From: an uncultured delta proteobacterium
GTDB taxonomy: Bacteria; Myxococcota; Kuafuiibacteriia; Kuafuiibacteriales; Kuafuiibacteriaceae
Direction of reading: 5' to 3'
Length of the DNA: 64,000 nt
Assembly: GCA_963803435.1 (NCBI GenBank)
Contig: CAWDML010000009.1
Coordinates: 1,472,001-1,536,000, forward strand
The translations under genes and the position numbers were made by a program. Under the pieces are notes generated by a model. It searched no databases. It had not been told where the DNA came from and was given only the letters and a program-made list of their open reading frames with translations. Below are positions 1-11,433 of the stretch, one piece after another (positions within the stretch are counted from its first letter, which is position 1; each line of letters starts with the position of its first letter).

Positions 1-714
1 GAAGCGATCTTCGCGCTCGGCCATCCGCGCGCGGTGGCCAAGTCGCTCTTCGCGTCGAGCGGACGGCAACGTATCTTTCTCCGTCCCGGGCCGCTCGAGC
101 CCAACCTCGAGCGCTGGCTCGAAGGCCGCACCGTCATCGTCGAGCCATGGCTCGATCGCGTCCGCGATCTCTCCCTCGCGATCGAGGTCGGCGAGCACGC
201 CACCGAGCGCGTCGCCTTCAATCACTTCCTCACCGACGATCGCGGTCGCTACCGGGGCCACGTGCTGGCGCCTCCCCTCCGCGGGCTGGAGCTCGAGCCG
301 CTGTTCCGAAGGATCGATCTGTTCGCCGAGCTGGACCGGATCGCCCGCACCGTCGGACAGCAGCTCCGCGCGGCCGGCCATCGGGGCCCGGCCGGGATCG
401 ACATGCTCCTGTACCGCGATCAGGGGGACGGCGCGATCGCCTGGCAGCCGCTCGTCGAGGTGAATCCGCGGCTCACCATGGGCTTCGTGGCCCGCGCCCT
501 GAAGCGACGGATCGCGCCCGGCTCCTACGGCGTGTGGCTCCACGCGCCCATCGAGCGGGTCCGCGAGCTCCGGCCCGAGGTGGAGCTCTCGTCGAAGGGC
601 ATCGTCCGGGGGACGCTCCCCACCAACGACCTCGAGGCCGCGCGGGCGATCGGCACCGTCCTCTACGTGGATCCGGATCCCGACGCCATCGAGGCCCTCT
701 GCCGTAGCAGGTGA
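1..714 (+). CDS. ATP-grasp-fold protein, 5'-partial (begins upstream of the window)
   Basis: Frame is open from base 1. ATP-grasp-like motifs: VAKSLFASSGR, VEPWL, GPAGIDML, VEVNPRLTMG. Confidence 0.65.
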   Translation, partial: EAIFALGHPRAVAKSLFASSGRQRIFLRPGPLEPNLERWLEGRTVIVEPWLDRVRDLSLAIEVGEHATERVAFNHFLTDDRGRYRGHVLAPPLRGLELEPLFRRIDLFAELDRIARTVGQQLRAAGHRGPAGIDMLLYRDQGDGAIAWQPLVEVNPRLTMGFVARALKRRIAPGSYGVWLHAPIERVRELRPEVELSSKGIVRGTLPTNDLEAARAIGTVLYVDPDPDAIEALCRSR

Positions 715-1763
715 TCCGCCAGCACGATCGCGACCATCGCCTCGGCCATCGGCACGAAGCGCGGGAGCAGGCAGGGATCGTGGCGCCCCTTCGTCGAGAT
801 CGTCGCCGGCCGACCCGCTCGATCCACGGTCCGCTGCGGGCGCGGCAGCGAGCTGGTCGGCTTCACCGCAGCCCGCAGCACGATCGGCATCCCGCTCGAG
901 ATCCCGCCCAGCATGCCGCCGTGACGGTTCGACTCGGTGGCGATCCGACCGTCCTCCGCCACGAACGGATCGTTGTTCTCGCTCCCGCGGAGCGTGGCGC
1001 AGCCGAAGCCGGCGCCGTACTCGACGCCCAGGACCGCCGGCAGCGAGAAGAGCGCCTTTGCCAGGTCGGCCTTCAGCTTGTCGAAGACCGGCTCACCCAG
1101 GCCCGCAGGCACTCCGGTCGCCACGATCTCCGCCACGCCTCCGATCGAGTCCTGATCCTTCCGCACCGCCTCGATCAGCGCGATCATCTCGGCGGCCTTC
1201 TCGAGGTCCGGACAGCGGACCGGGGTGGCCTCCACCATCTGCTCGGTCACGCGCGTCGGATCGATGATCTGTGCGCGCACCCCGCCGACCTGGACGACGT
1301 AGCCGAGCACGCGAGCCCCCACCGTCGCGATCACCTTCTTCGCGATCGCGCCGGCCGCCACGCGCGCGACGGTCTCCCGGGCGCTGGCCCGACCCCCGCC
1401 GCGATGATCGCGGAAGCCGTACTTGGCGTCGTAGGTGTAGTCGGCGTGGCCGGGTCGGTAGAGATTCTCGATCGCCGCGTAATCCTTCGACCGCTGATCC
1501 TCGTTCGCGATCGAGACGGCGATCGCCGTGCCGGTGGTCCGGCCCTCGAAGACGCCGCTCAGGATCCGCGGGACGTCGCTCTCCTGACGCTGGGTCACGA
1601 GGTGGCTCTGGCCGGGCCGGCGCCGCCGAAGGTCCACCTCGAGGTCCGCCTCCGACAGCGGGATCCCCGGGGGACACCCGTCGACGATGACGACGTTGGC
1701 CGGTCCGTGGGACTCGCCGGCGGTGGTGACGACGAAAACGCGCCCCATGCTGCTGCCGGCCAT
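663..1763 (-). CDS. aroC: Chorismate synthase
   Basis: Motifs TTAGESHG, RPGHADY, GGGRASARET, GGMLGGIS, GRHDPC. Start set at MAGSSMG by family N-terminus. Confidence 0.97.
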   Translation of the reverse strand: MAGSSMGRVFVVTTAGESHGPANVVIVDGCPPGIPLSEADLEVDLRRRRPGQSHLVTQRQESDVPRILSGVFEGRTTGTAIAVSIANEDQRSKDYAAIENLYRPGHADYTYDAKYGFRDHRGGGRASARETVARVAAGAIAKKVIATVGARVLGYVVQVGGVRAQIIDPTRVTEQMVEATPVRCPDLEKAAEMIALIEAVRKDQDSIGGVAEIVATGVPAGLGEPVFDKLKADLAKALFSLPAVLGVEYGAGFGCATLRGSENNDPFVAEDGRIATESNRHGGMLGGISSGMPIVLRAAVKPTSSLPRPQRTVDRAGRPATISTKGRHDPCLLPRFVPMAEAMVAIVLADHLLRQRASMASGSGST

Positions 1764-1851
1764 GTGGAAACAGCATAGCAGTTTCAGGGAGTTCGGTTGG
1801 TTCGTTGACTCGACAATCAACGAGCGTTAGGCGTTGATTCGAGAATCAATC

Positions 1852-3012
<1,161 letters not shown>

Positions 3013-3027
3013 TACTCGATCGGAGAG

Positions 3028-4548
3028 GTGCTGGGGCCGCTCCTCCTCTTGATCGCCAGCCCCTCCTACGTCGAGATCCGAGGCAACGTGGCGCTCCCCG
3101 AGGACGTCTACCTGACCGTCCTCAGCCTCACCAGCAGCACCGCGTCCGTCACGCCGGCGCGCGTCGAGAACGTCCTCACCCACTTCCTCCACGACTCCGG
3201 ATACGAGATCGCGGTCGTCACCGCGCGCCTCTCCGATCATCACATCGCCGTCGACGTCGACGAGGGACGCCTCGACAAGGTCATCTTCGTCGGTGAGAGC
3301 AGCGCGAGCGCGCTGAGGCTCCAGCTGGCGGTGGATCTGCCGGGGCACATCTACAACCGCCCGTTGCTGGAGAAGAAGCTGGCCGCGGTCATCGAAGCCA
3401 CCGACGTCATCTCCGCCCGCTACGACATCGTCCCCGTCGAGGAGGTCGAGCACCCCGGCATCCAGCTCCCCGATCCCGGGCTGATCCCGGGCGTGAAGAT
3501 CTTCCGCCCCGGCGAGCCGCACGAGCTCCGCATCCACTTGCTCCACGAGGGCTGGGTCCGCGGCATCGACGCTACCTTCGGCCTGAGAGCTCCCGACGGC
3601 CTCTTCCTGCGGGCGGGCTACAAGCACGGGGGGCTGTTCGCCGATCGCGACGAGGCGGAGGTCGGCGGGCGCATCGCCGTTCGCATCGTCGACGCGCTGG
3701 CGGCCGCCAACGCCCGGCTCGGCCTCTCGGAGGCGAGCGTACGCCTGGCCTGGTTCACGCCGCCGTTCGCCGCGGACACGCTGCGAGCGCTGTTCACGCT
3801 GGAGGCGCTGACCCTCGGTGCGCGGCGGCGGGATCTCGGGATCCGGAGCTACCTCCAGTCCCCGTTGCGCGCCTCGCTCGACTTCCAGCTGTCCCTGCTC
3901 CGCTCCTTCGCGCTCGGGCTGGGCTTCGGATTCGAGCAGCGCTTCCTCTACGCGCTGCACGACGAGAAGGACGTTCCGCGCGATCCGCTGGTCGACGCCA
4001 CGCCTCGCCACGAGGCGCGCCTCTTCGGTCTCTTCGAGGCCGATGCGGTGTTCAATCCGGAGGAGCTACGGCGCGATCGAAAGCACGAGCTCTCCCTGCG
4101 GGTGCGGGCGCTCTCGGCGAGCACGCAGGAGGCGCCTCCGATCGTCGAGCTGTCGCTCGACTGGCAGAAGATGCTGGCGCTGGGCTGGGACGAGCTCTGG
4201 TTCGGGGTCGACGGGGTGGCCCTCTTCGGCGACGTGCCCTTCTACGACGAGCGCTCGCTCGGAGACCCGTTCCTCCGCACCACGTTCTCGCGCCTCTACG
4301 TGAAGAAGGCCGGGGCGGTCCACCTCGAGTACCGCCTCTCCCTCTCGCGCGACATCTTCAAGATCAGCCTCTACGACGACTTCGCCGTCTATCACGACGA
4401 GAAGGTGCGCGTGGTCGACGAGCTGGGGCTCGGCCTTCACCTGCTGGTGATCGACACGTTTCAGCTGAGCGCGTTCCTCGGTGGCGGTCTCAACTCGATG
4501 AAGGAGCTCGACGTGGGCGTCGGCCTCGAGGCCAAGCAAGCGTTCTGA
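3028..4548 (+). CDS. Putative POTRA-domain outer-membrane beta-barrel protein (Omp85/TpsB-like)
   Basis: Signal-like N-terminus, POTRA-like SGY...VDVDEGRLDKVIFVG, amphipathic beta-strand pattern, C-terminal Phe. Confidence 0.55.
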   Translation: MLGPLLLLIASPSYVEIRGNVALPEDVYLTVLSLTSSTASVTPARVENVLTHFLHDSGYEIAVVTARLSDHHIAVDVDEGRLDKVIFVGESSASALRLQLAVDLPGHIYNRPLLEKKLAAVIEATDVISARYDIVPVEEVEHPGIQLPDPGLIPGVKIFRPGEPHELRIHLLHEGWVRGIDATFGLRAPDGLFLRAGYKHGGLFADRDEAEVGGRIAVRIVDALAAANARLGLSEASVRLAWFTPPFAADTLRALFTLEALTLGARRRDLGIRSYLQSPLRASLDFQLSLLRSFALGLGFGFEQRFLYALHDEKDVPRDPLVDATPRHEARLFGLFEADAVFNPEELRRDRKHELSLRVRALSASTQEAPPIVELSLDWQKMLALGWDELWFGVDGVALFGDVPFYDERSLGDPFLRTTFSRLYVKKAGAVHLEYRLSLSRDIFKISLYDDFAVYHDEKVRVVDELGLGLHLLVIDTFQLSAFLGGGLNSMKELDVGVGLEAKQAF

Positions 4549-6937
4549 CCAGCGCCAGCAGCCCGACGATCCAGAGCCCGGCGAACGACCCCGCGCCGCC
4601 GGCCGCGGTGCAGCCGAAGGCCTCCGCGTCGTCCGTCGAGGCGACGTCATCCTTCAGCACCAGCTCGCCCACCCGACCGGCCTCGTCGGTCGCCCGCACC
4701 CGGCGGACATCCGGCGCGAGCGTGGCGTGGCCATCGGCGTCGAGCGCGAGCGGATGCGTGCCGGAGGCGTCGACGGCCTCCACCGTGATGCGATCGCCGC
4801 TCACGCGATCCCAGGCGGACAGCGTGCGCCCCTGTACCGCGAGCTCCGGAGGCTCGCTGTCGATCCACACGTCGAGGACCGCCGGCGTCGGATCCAGCGA
4901 GCGATATTGTCCCTTCACCCGGGCCCGGGCCTCGATCCGATGGCGACCCTGGATCGCCAGCTCGGGGCGCGAGATCACGACGCGGTCGCTCGCGCCGAAC
5001 GCGGACCAGAACCCGCCGTCGACGCGCGTCTGCCACTCGAGCGGCCCGGCGCCGTGGCCCGCCAGCGCCAGCTCGATCTCGGGCAGGACCGGGCCGCCCG
5101 CGTGGTCGATCGAGAACGCCTCCGTGCTGGGCGTCCTCGTCTCCACCAATGAGGCCTCGGTCTCGGCCGCGGCGGTCAGGTTTCCGCCGGCCTGGAGCGC
5201 GAGGTCCGCGTAGAGCGCCAGCTGATCGTAGGAGCCCGACGGTCCCGGCACGCCGCGGATCCCGAGGACGTCGAGGTCCGTGCCCTCGAGCGTGGGGAGG
5301 GGGAACTGACCCGCCGAGCCCGCGAACTCCAGCAGCGCGAAGGAGAGGAGCGTCGGCAGTGCCTGGGCGATCGACGCCGGATCCTCCTGGAGCAACTCGC
5401 TGTTAGTGATGCGGACGTTGCCGATGATCTCCGGGACCCCCACGCCCACGATCGGCTCGAGCTGGTTGTCGGGCGTGACCATCACGGCGATGCCGAGGTG
5501 CAGGTCGAGCGTGGCGGTGAGGATCCGGACCCAGCGCTCCTCGATCAGCGCGCTCAGGTTGATCTCGAAGTCGCGGAGGTACAGGTGCACCAACGGGTCG
5601 ACGTACTCGGTGCTGCCGCCGTTCTCGTGCGTCTCGCCGGACCCGATCTGGATCTCGGGCTCCTGTCGCAGCCACGCGGAGACGCGGGCGGGACGCTGCG
5701 AGCGCGGCGACTGCCGGCTCTTGGTGAGGAAGCGGACCGACGGGATGATGATCTCGAGCGTGCCGGTGTGCAGGTCGTCGTAGTCGGCGGTGGTGACCGC
5801 ACCGCAGACGAGACCGCCGCCGTAGGCGGACCAGATCGCCTGATCCACGAAGGCCTTCGAGAGCGAGAGCGCGACCTGGTAGCTGGTCTCCGGCGTGCCG
5901 TCATAGTCGAGATCGACCGTCTCGGTGGCGGGGAGGGGCGGCGTCGGGGTGAAGGTCGGCCGCAGCCGAGGGCTGGGCAGGACCGTGGCGCAGGAGGGGT
6001 TGGGTGAGACGAGCTCCATCCCGCCGCGGACCCCGGCGGTGATGCCCGCGGGGTCGGCGGAGATCGCGCCTCCGACCTGGATCGCGAAGTCGCTGACGGC
6101 GTCGGGCGTATCGTACGAGTCGAGCACGGGCGGCACGGTGATCCGCTCCTCGTCCTCGAGACCCGGGAGGAGGATCTGATCGCCCTCGAGGCAGCGCTCG
6201 TTCGCGCAGCCGGCGCCCGCCGGGCAGTCAGCGGTGACGTCGCAGACCTGACCGACCGCGCTCGCTACCAGATCGCGGACCGCCGGGATCGCCGCGGCCC
6301 TGATGGCGGCGCGAAGATCGGCGGTCACCGGCGCGCTGCAGCCGCCGGAGGGCACCAGCGCCGGGATGACGGCGTTCGTGACGGTAAAGCCGATCTGGCC
6401 GCTGCTGCCGGGGGCCATGGTGAGCTCGACGTCGACGGCGGCGGGCCCCGGGAGGTCGAGCTGGGCGGTGCAGTCAACGCCGGTCGCCCGATCGTGGATC
6501 GGGATCGGGGTCGAGGCCAGCCGCGTGTCGATGCTCGCGGTCAACGCGCTCGGCGGCGACTGCGCCAGCGAGACCCGATCGATCGCGACGAAGACGCGAC
6601 AGGTCCCCGAGGTGCACACGTCGATCGCGCCCACGCTCGCCGGAGCCAGGTCGATCGCGGCGAAGGCGCCGCCGCTGCAGCGCGCGCCGACACAGCTCGA
6701 GCCCAGCGCCGCAGGACAGTCGGCGTCGCCGCTGCACGAGAGCACCGCGGCGTCCCTGATCCAGCCGTCGGCGGCGACGCTCAGCACGTCGAGCCCCGAG
6801 CGGGTGAGACGGACCTGGGCGGCGCGCTCGAGGCGGGCGGCTGGGTCGAAGCCGCCGGGAATCGGATCCGCGCCGACCTGGCAGTTGCCGCAGCCGGCGA
6901 GCGGCGCCGACAGCGCCCAGAGGAGGAGCCTTCTCAT
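4490..6937 (-). CDS. Secreted Cys-rich protein with MYXO-CTERM-like tail; possible BPI/LBP-like lipid-binding fold
   Basis: Lipobox-like LAGC, Cys-rich repeats (CSGDADC, CDVTADC), C-terminal FGCTAAGG + hydrophobic segment + Arg-rich end. Confidence 0.7.
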   Translation of the reverse strand: MRRLLLWALSAPLAGCGNCQVGADPIPGGFDPAARLERAAQVRLTRSGLDVLSVAADGWIRDAAVLSCSGDADCPAALGSSCVGARCSGGAFAAIDLAPASVGAIDVCTSGTCRVFVAIDRVSLAQSPPSALTASIDTRLASTPIPIHDRATGVDCTAQLDLPGPAAVDVELTMAPGSSGQIGFTVTNAVIPALVPSGGCSAPVTADLRAAIRAAAIPAVRDLVASAVGQVCDVTADCPAGAGCANERCLEGDQILLPGLEDEERITVPPVLDSYDTPDAVSDFAIQVGGAISADPAGITAGVRGGMELVSPNPSCATVLPSPRLRPTFTPTPPLPATETVDLDYDGTPETSYQVALSLSKAFVDQAIWSAYGGGLVCGAVTTADYDDLHTGTLEIIIPSVRFLTKSRQSPRSQRPARVSAWLRQEPEIQIGSGETHENGGSTEYVDPLVHLYLRDFEINLSALIEERWVRILTATLDLHLGIAVMVTPDNQLEPIVGVGVPEIIGNVRITNSELLQEDPASIAQALPTLLSFALLEFAGSAGQFPLPTLEGTDLDVLGIRGVPGPSGSYDQLALYADLALQAGGNLTAAAETEASLVETRTPSTEAFSIDHAGGPVLPEIELALAGHGAGPLEWQTRVDGGFWSAFGASDRVVISRPELAIQGRHRIEARARVKGQYRSLDPTPAVLDVWIDSEPPELAVQGRTLSAWDRVSGDRITVEAVDASGTHPLALDADGHATLAPDVRRVRATDEAGRVGELVLKDDVASTDDAEAFGCTAAGGAGSFAGLWIVGLLALVRTLAWPRGRRPRRAPSSS

Positions 6938-6979
6938 TCCCCGAGTTTGTGGAGATCACCGGACCTCCGGTCAATCCGC

Positions 6980-8521
6980 TCAGATGATGTCGACCCGACC
7001 CTGCCGGAAGGTCCCCTGACCGGCCAGGATCGCCCGGCCCTGCTCCGCGCGCCGCTCCACGACGCGCTGGATGAACGCCATGGCTTTCGGGCGGCTCTTC
7101 ACGATCTTGAGGAACATCGGCGCCGGCAGCTCCATGACCAGGCACCTCTCGGTGGCCCGAACGCTGGCGACCGCCGGACTCTCGGTCAGGATCGACATCT
7201 CACCCGCCACGTCACCGGGGCCGAGCGCGCCCAGCTTGGTGGGGGTGCCGGACTGATCGCGCACCACGTCCGCGCGCCCGGCCAGCAGGAGCAGCAGGCC
7301 CTCGGCGCGGGCGCCCTCGGCAAGCAGCGTGGCGCCGGCCTCGGCCTCGAGGAAGCGGAAGCGGGCGCGCAGGGCCTCGCGATCGCGCTCGGACAGGACG
7401 GTGAACAGCGGGTTGGTCGACAGGAGCCGCTCGACCGAACGATCGCGGAAGAAGCGGAGCAGCACCGGGAGCACCTGGGGATCGGTCGCCATCACCTTCT
7501 TCATGGCGGTCCGATCGATCCGGATCAGGTGCGTCTCCTGCAGCGCGATGCAGGTGGCGCTCCGCGGCTGATCGGACAACAGCGCGATCTCACCGAAGAA
7601 GTCGCCCTCCTGCAGGCGGCTGATCCCCCGTCGCGGCGGCCCCTCGTCGATCACGCCGATCGCCCCCTCGGCGATCACGAAGAGCGCGTCGCCCGGATCC
7701 CCTTGATGGAAGACCTCCTGATCCTTCGAGAGCGCGATCGGGCTGGCCTGCATCAGGAGCTCGGAGAAGCTCTTCTCGGCCAGCTCGGCGAACAGCGGGG
7801 TCGCGGTCAGCGCCGCGTTCGTCGCCTTCGCCTCCGCGAGCTCGGCCTCCACGGCCAGGATCGCCTCATCCTCGCTGAGCACGTCGCCGCGCGGCGGGGG
7901 CGCCCCGTGGACCTCGGCCCGCACCTGGGCGGCGGCCTTCGCGGTGACGTTGCCCCCGGAGTCGAGCGTCAGCTCCAGGTTCGCCGCCAGGTGGAGAGGG
8001 AGCTCCTCCTCGCCCAGCTCGAGCGGCCCGTCGACCTCGTTGGCCAGCGGGATGCGATAGATCCCGGCGCGCGTGCTGTGCGGCCTCGACGCCGCCACGC
8101 GCCGGAGCTCGAGGCTCTGGATCCCCGCGTCCGGCTGCTCGACCCAGCCCTCCTCCGGCGCGCGCCAGCCGGAGGACGCCGGCGCCGGGGTCGCCTGTCG
8201 GGCTCGCCGATGGACGAGCAGCAGGCGCTCCCGTGTGGGCGCGTGGTTCGGATCGATCTGGAGGATCTGGTTGCAGACGGTGGCGCACTTCAGCAGATCG
8301 CCGACCTTCTCGTAGTTGACCGCGGAGCGGGCGAGCGCGTCGATCTCGTCGAGCGGCCGGCCCATCCGGTTGAGCACGAGCGCGGTGCGGCGCGGCCACA
8401 TCGGATCTTCGGGCTCGAGCTTCTCGAGATCGAGGCAATGCCGAAGCGCGAGCGGGTGCTGCGCGCGCTTGAGAGCCTCGGATGCCGCAGCCTTCAGCCG
8501 AGCGACGTCCGCTCCATCCAT
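6980..8521 (-). CDS. TPR plus tandem cyclic-nucleotide-binding-domain protein
   Basis: Two cNMP-binding domains (GDFFGEIALL..PRSAT; GDVAGEMSIL) and an N-terminal TPR-like segment (QILQIDPNH). Confidence 0.85.
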   Translation of the reverse strand: MDGADVARLKAAASEALKRAQHPLALRHCLDLEKLEPEDPMWPRRTALVLNRMGRPLDEIDALARSAVNYEKVGDLLKCATVCNQILQIDPNHAPTRERLLLVHRRARQATPAPASSGWRAPEEGWVEQPDAGIQSLELRRVAASRPHSTRAGIYRIPLANEVDGPLELGEEELPLHLAANLELTLDSGGNVTAKAAAQVRAEVHGAPPPRGDVLSEDEAILAVEAELAEAKATNAALTATPLFAELAEKSFSELLMQASPIALSKDQEVFHQGDPGDALFVIAEGAIGVIDEGPPRRGISRLQEGDFFGEIALLSDQPRSATCIALQETHLIRIDRTAMKKVMATDPQVLPVLLRFFRDRSVERLLSTNPLFTVLSERDREALRARFRFLEAEAGATLLAEGARAEGLLLLLAGRADVVRDQSGTPTKLGALGPGDVAGEMSILTESPAVASVRATERCLVMELPAPMFLKIVKSRPKAMAFIQRVVERRAEQGRAILAGQGTFRQGRVDII

Positions 8522-8582
8522 GCCGGCCGAGTATAGCCCAAACGCTTGCCAGCATCGCGATCTCCGCGGGATGTGCGGGCAG

Positions 8583-9722
8583 ATGCAGCTCGGCGCGCTG
8601 TTGGCCCTCTCCCTCGCGACAACCTCGACGACGACCGCGCCCCCGTACGCGATCGGCTTCGTCCCCGGTCGAGGCCTGGTCCTCGAGGTCCCGGGGCGGG
8701 CGCAGGTCGCCTTGGGGACACACGGTCAGGTGCTCTACACCGTCGAGGACTCACCGGACACCGGCGACCAGCTGGAGCAGAGCCTCCAGCTCCGGCGGCT
8801 CCGCCTCAGCCTGAGCGGCTACTTCTTCGAGGTCTACAACCAGTACAAGGTCGAGCTCGCGTTCGCGCCGCGCGAGGGTCGACAGTCGCCGCTGCTCGAC
8901 GCGTACTACCGCTTCAGCTACCTGCGCGATCTGAACCTGCAGATCGGCCAGTACAAGCTGCCGTTCAGCCGCGAGCGTCTCAACTCGATCACCGACCTCA
9001 ACATGGTCGATCTGTCCATCGTGGACGGCGAGTTCGGCCTCGAGCGCGACATCGGTCTCGACCTGCGCTCGGACGACCTCTTCGGGCTGCGGCTGCTCCG
9101 CTACGACCTGGGGGTGTTCATCGGCGAGGGACGCAATAGCTTCGACTTCTCAGACTTCGGCCTGGCCTACCTCGCCCGCGTCGAGGTGCTCCCGTTCGGG
9201 CTGTTCGACGAGCGCTCCCAGCCGGATCTCGCCCGCCTCCCCGAGCCTCGCCTCTCGATCGGCGCCTCGTACGTCTTCATCGACCGGGCTCACCGCGATC
9301 GCGGCATCCAGGGCGCGGTACCGGTCGACGGAGGTACCACCGACGTTCACGTCGCCACCGCCGACCTCGCGTTCCTCTTCGAGGGTCTCTCGGTGCTCCT
9401 CGAGGTCTTCTACCGACGCGGGATCCGGAACCCGCCGCCCGGCGCGCCCGAGGTCGCGCCCGCCCGAAACGCGTGGGGCTTCATGCTGCAGCCCGGCTAC
9501 CTGCTCCCTTGGCTGGATCTCGAGCTCGTGGGCCGCTTCGCCCGCATCATCCCGTACGGGAGCTCGGACGTGACCCTCGACAGCGAGCTGGGCGCCGGGC
9601 TCAACGACTACTTCCTCGGCCACTGCCTGAAGCTGCAGGCCGACTACTTCCACCGCTGGTGGACGAACGATCTCGGCAATGGCTCCGATACCTTCCGCCT
9701 CCAGCTTCAGGCCGGCTTCTGA
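8583..9722 (+). CDS. Porin, phosphate-selective OprO/OprP-like
   Basis: Signal peptide; motifs LRRLRL, LLDAY, IGQYKLPFSRE, RDIG, KLQADY; ends LQLQAGF. Confidence 0.8.
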   Translation: MQLGALLALSLATTSTTTAPPYAIGFVPGRGLVLEVPGRAQVALGTHGQVLYTVEDSPDTGDQLEQSLQLRRLRLSLSGYFFEVYNQYKVELAFAPREGRQSPLLDAYYRFSYLRDLNLQIGQYKLPFSRERLNSITDLNMVDLSIVDGEFGLERDIGLDLRSDDLFGLRLLRYDLGVFIGEGRNSFDFSDFGLAYLARVEVLPFGLFDERSQPDLARLPEPRLSIGASYVFIDRAHRDRGIQGAVPVDGGTTDVHVATADLAFLFEGLSVLLEVFYRRGIRNPPPGAPEVAPARNAWGFMLQPGYLLPWLDLELVGRFARIIPYGSSDVTLDSELGAGLNDYFLGHCLKLQADYFHRWWTNDLGNGSDTFRLQLQAGF

Positions 9723-9740
9723 TCGTGATGTGCTGAACCG

Positions 9741-10214
9741 GTGGACCGATATCGATTGGCGCCGATGTCACCTCTCTTGCTGGTGATGACCCTCGTGCTG
9801 TGGGCGATCCCACCCGTGTTCATGATCGTACCCTACGGGCGGCCCCTAGCGATCGGCATGATCGCGATGTACGCCCTCGTCTGGCTGGTGGGCCGCCCCA
9901 CCCGCTTCGAGATCAGCCCGGACTCCCTCTCGATCGTGTGGCCGCTCCGGAGGCGCGTCATCCCGCGCGCCGACATCTCGGGGGTCCGCTACCTCTCGAG
10001 GGCCGCGCTCAAGGAGGAGGTCGGCTACGCGATGCGCTTCGGTGTGGGCGGTCTGTGGGGCGGGTTCGGCCGGGCCTGGACCGGCAAGGGCACGATGGAG
10101 CTGTGGATCTCGCGGCAGGACTGGTGCGTGCTCGTGGAGCGCCGATCGGGCATGCCGCTCATCCTCACGCCCGAGCGACCGGAGGCCTTCACGCACGCGC
10201 TGGCGCCGAGGTGA
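9741..10214 (+). CDS. Small membrane protein with bacterial PH-like domain
   Basis: Two TM segments followed by RFGVGGLWGGFG and ILTPERPEAF. Confidence 0.65.
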   Translation: MDRYRLAPMSPLLLVMTLVLWAIPPVFMIVPYGRPLAIGMIAMYALVWLVGRPTRFEISPDSLSIVWPLRRRVIPRADISGVRYLSRAALKEEVGYAMRFGVGGLWGGFGRAWTGKGTMELWISRQDWCVLVERRSGMPLILTPERPEAFTHALAPR

Positions 10215-10226
10215 TCGGCGCGCGCG

Positions 10227-10739
10227 TCACTTGTGGGTGGCGTTGTACTTGCGGATGACCTCGTTGGTCAGGTCGAGGTGCGCCTTTGCGTAGAGCAGGC
10301 GGCTCTCCTGGATCTCGAGGATGATCGTGTACTCGCCCTGCTTGCCGATCTCCTCGATGATCTTCCGCATCTTGTCCGTGATGACCCCCAGCTTCTTCTG
10401 CTCGAGCTGCTGGAGCTCCTGCTGCTCCTTCACGAAGACCTGCTGGAGATCGAGCAGCTTGTTCTGGAAGTCGAGCCGCTTCTGCTGGGTCGCCGGATCG
10501 TCCTTCTTGGACTGGGCCTCCAGCGCGTCCTTGAGGGCCTTCAGCTCCGCCTCACGCTTCTGGAGCGCGGCCTGCTTCTCGTCGAACGTCTTCTTCAGCG
10601 CCGACTTGGCCCGCTTGCCTTCGTCGACCTCCAGAATGGCTCGCTGCAGGTTGACGTAGCCGATGACCTCTTTGGCCTGGGCGACCTTGGCGACGCCCAT
10701 CGAGGTGAGGAGAACGAGAACACAGGCAGCCCTGAGCAT
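10227..10739 (-). CDS. OmpH/Skp family periplasmic chaperone
   Basis: Signal peptide ending AQA, IGYVNLQR, long coiled coil, DLTNEVI. Confidence 0.9.
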   Translation of the reverse strand: MLRAACVLVLLTSMGVAKVAQAKEVIGYVNLQRAILEVDEGKRAKSALKKTFDEKQAALQKREAELKALKDALEAQSKKDDPATQQKRLDFQNKLLDLQQVFVKEQQELQQLEQKKLGVITDKMRKIIEEIGKQGEYTIILEIQESRLLYAKAHLDLTNEVIRKYNATHK

Positions 10740-10773
10740 TGGGTGTCGCGCTATCGCGGACGAGGCGACCCGG

Positions 10774-11433
10774 TCAACGAATACCATCATCGGATCGACG
10801 GCCGGCCGGCTCCGCCTGTTCATCGTCGGGCGCGACCCGGGCGGCGTAGATGATCGCGAGCACCACCGCCAGGATTGCGGGAACCAGCGAAGCCACGAAG
10901 ACCCAGCGGCCTTGGAAGAACAGGGCCGACAGCCCCGCGAGGCCCGCCACCACGAACATCTTCGCTGCCGCCCGATGCGTCTTCCGCCAGACGGACTCGC
11001 TCTTGAGCGTCCTGCGGGTACGGATCCCCATGGCGCTGTTCGGCTCGAGCGTTCCGAGGACCGGCCCCAGCCCGAGCAGCAGGATCGCGGTGGCGGCCGG
11101 CACTCCGCGATCCAGCGGGAACATGCCGATCGCTGCGGCCAGCACCGACGCGTGGATGCAGAACAGGAACGCGCTCACCCAGATGATCATGAGATCGCCC
11201 GTCCGGCTCGGGGTTCGTTCGGTGCGGCGGGTCAACAGCCGGAGGAGCAGCGTCAGGAGCACGCTGAACGCCGGCGTGCCCAGAAACGCCAGCAGGAGCT
11301 TCGGCGTCATCTCCTGATCCCGGGCGTCGAGCTTGTTCGTGTAGACCCAGGCCGACAGCATGAACCCCGACCAGGCCACGCCGAGCGGGATGGCCCACCG
11401 CGTGACTACGCTGGAGACCGGCGCCTCGCTCAC
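10774..11433 (-). CDS. SdpI/YfhL family membrane protein
   Basis: PNSAMGIRTRRTLKSESVWRKTHR signature within a multi-TM protein. Confidence 0.8.
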   Translation of the reverse strand: MSEAPVSSVVTRWAIPLGVAWSGFMLSAWVYTNKLDARDQEMTPKLLLAFLGTPAFSVLLTLLLRLLTRRTERTPSRTGDLMIIWVSAFLFCIHASVLAAAIGMFPLDRGVPAATAILLLGLGPVLGTLEPNSAMGIRTRRTLKSESVWRKTHRAAAKMFVVAGLAGLSALFFQGRWVFVASLVPAILAVVLAIIYAARVAPDDEQAEPAGRRSDDGIR

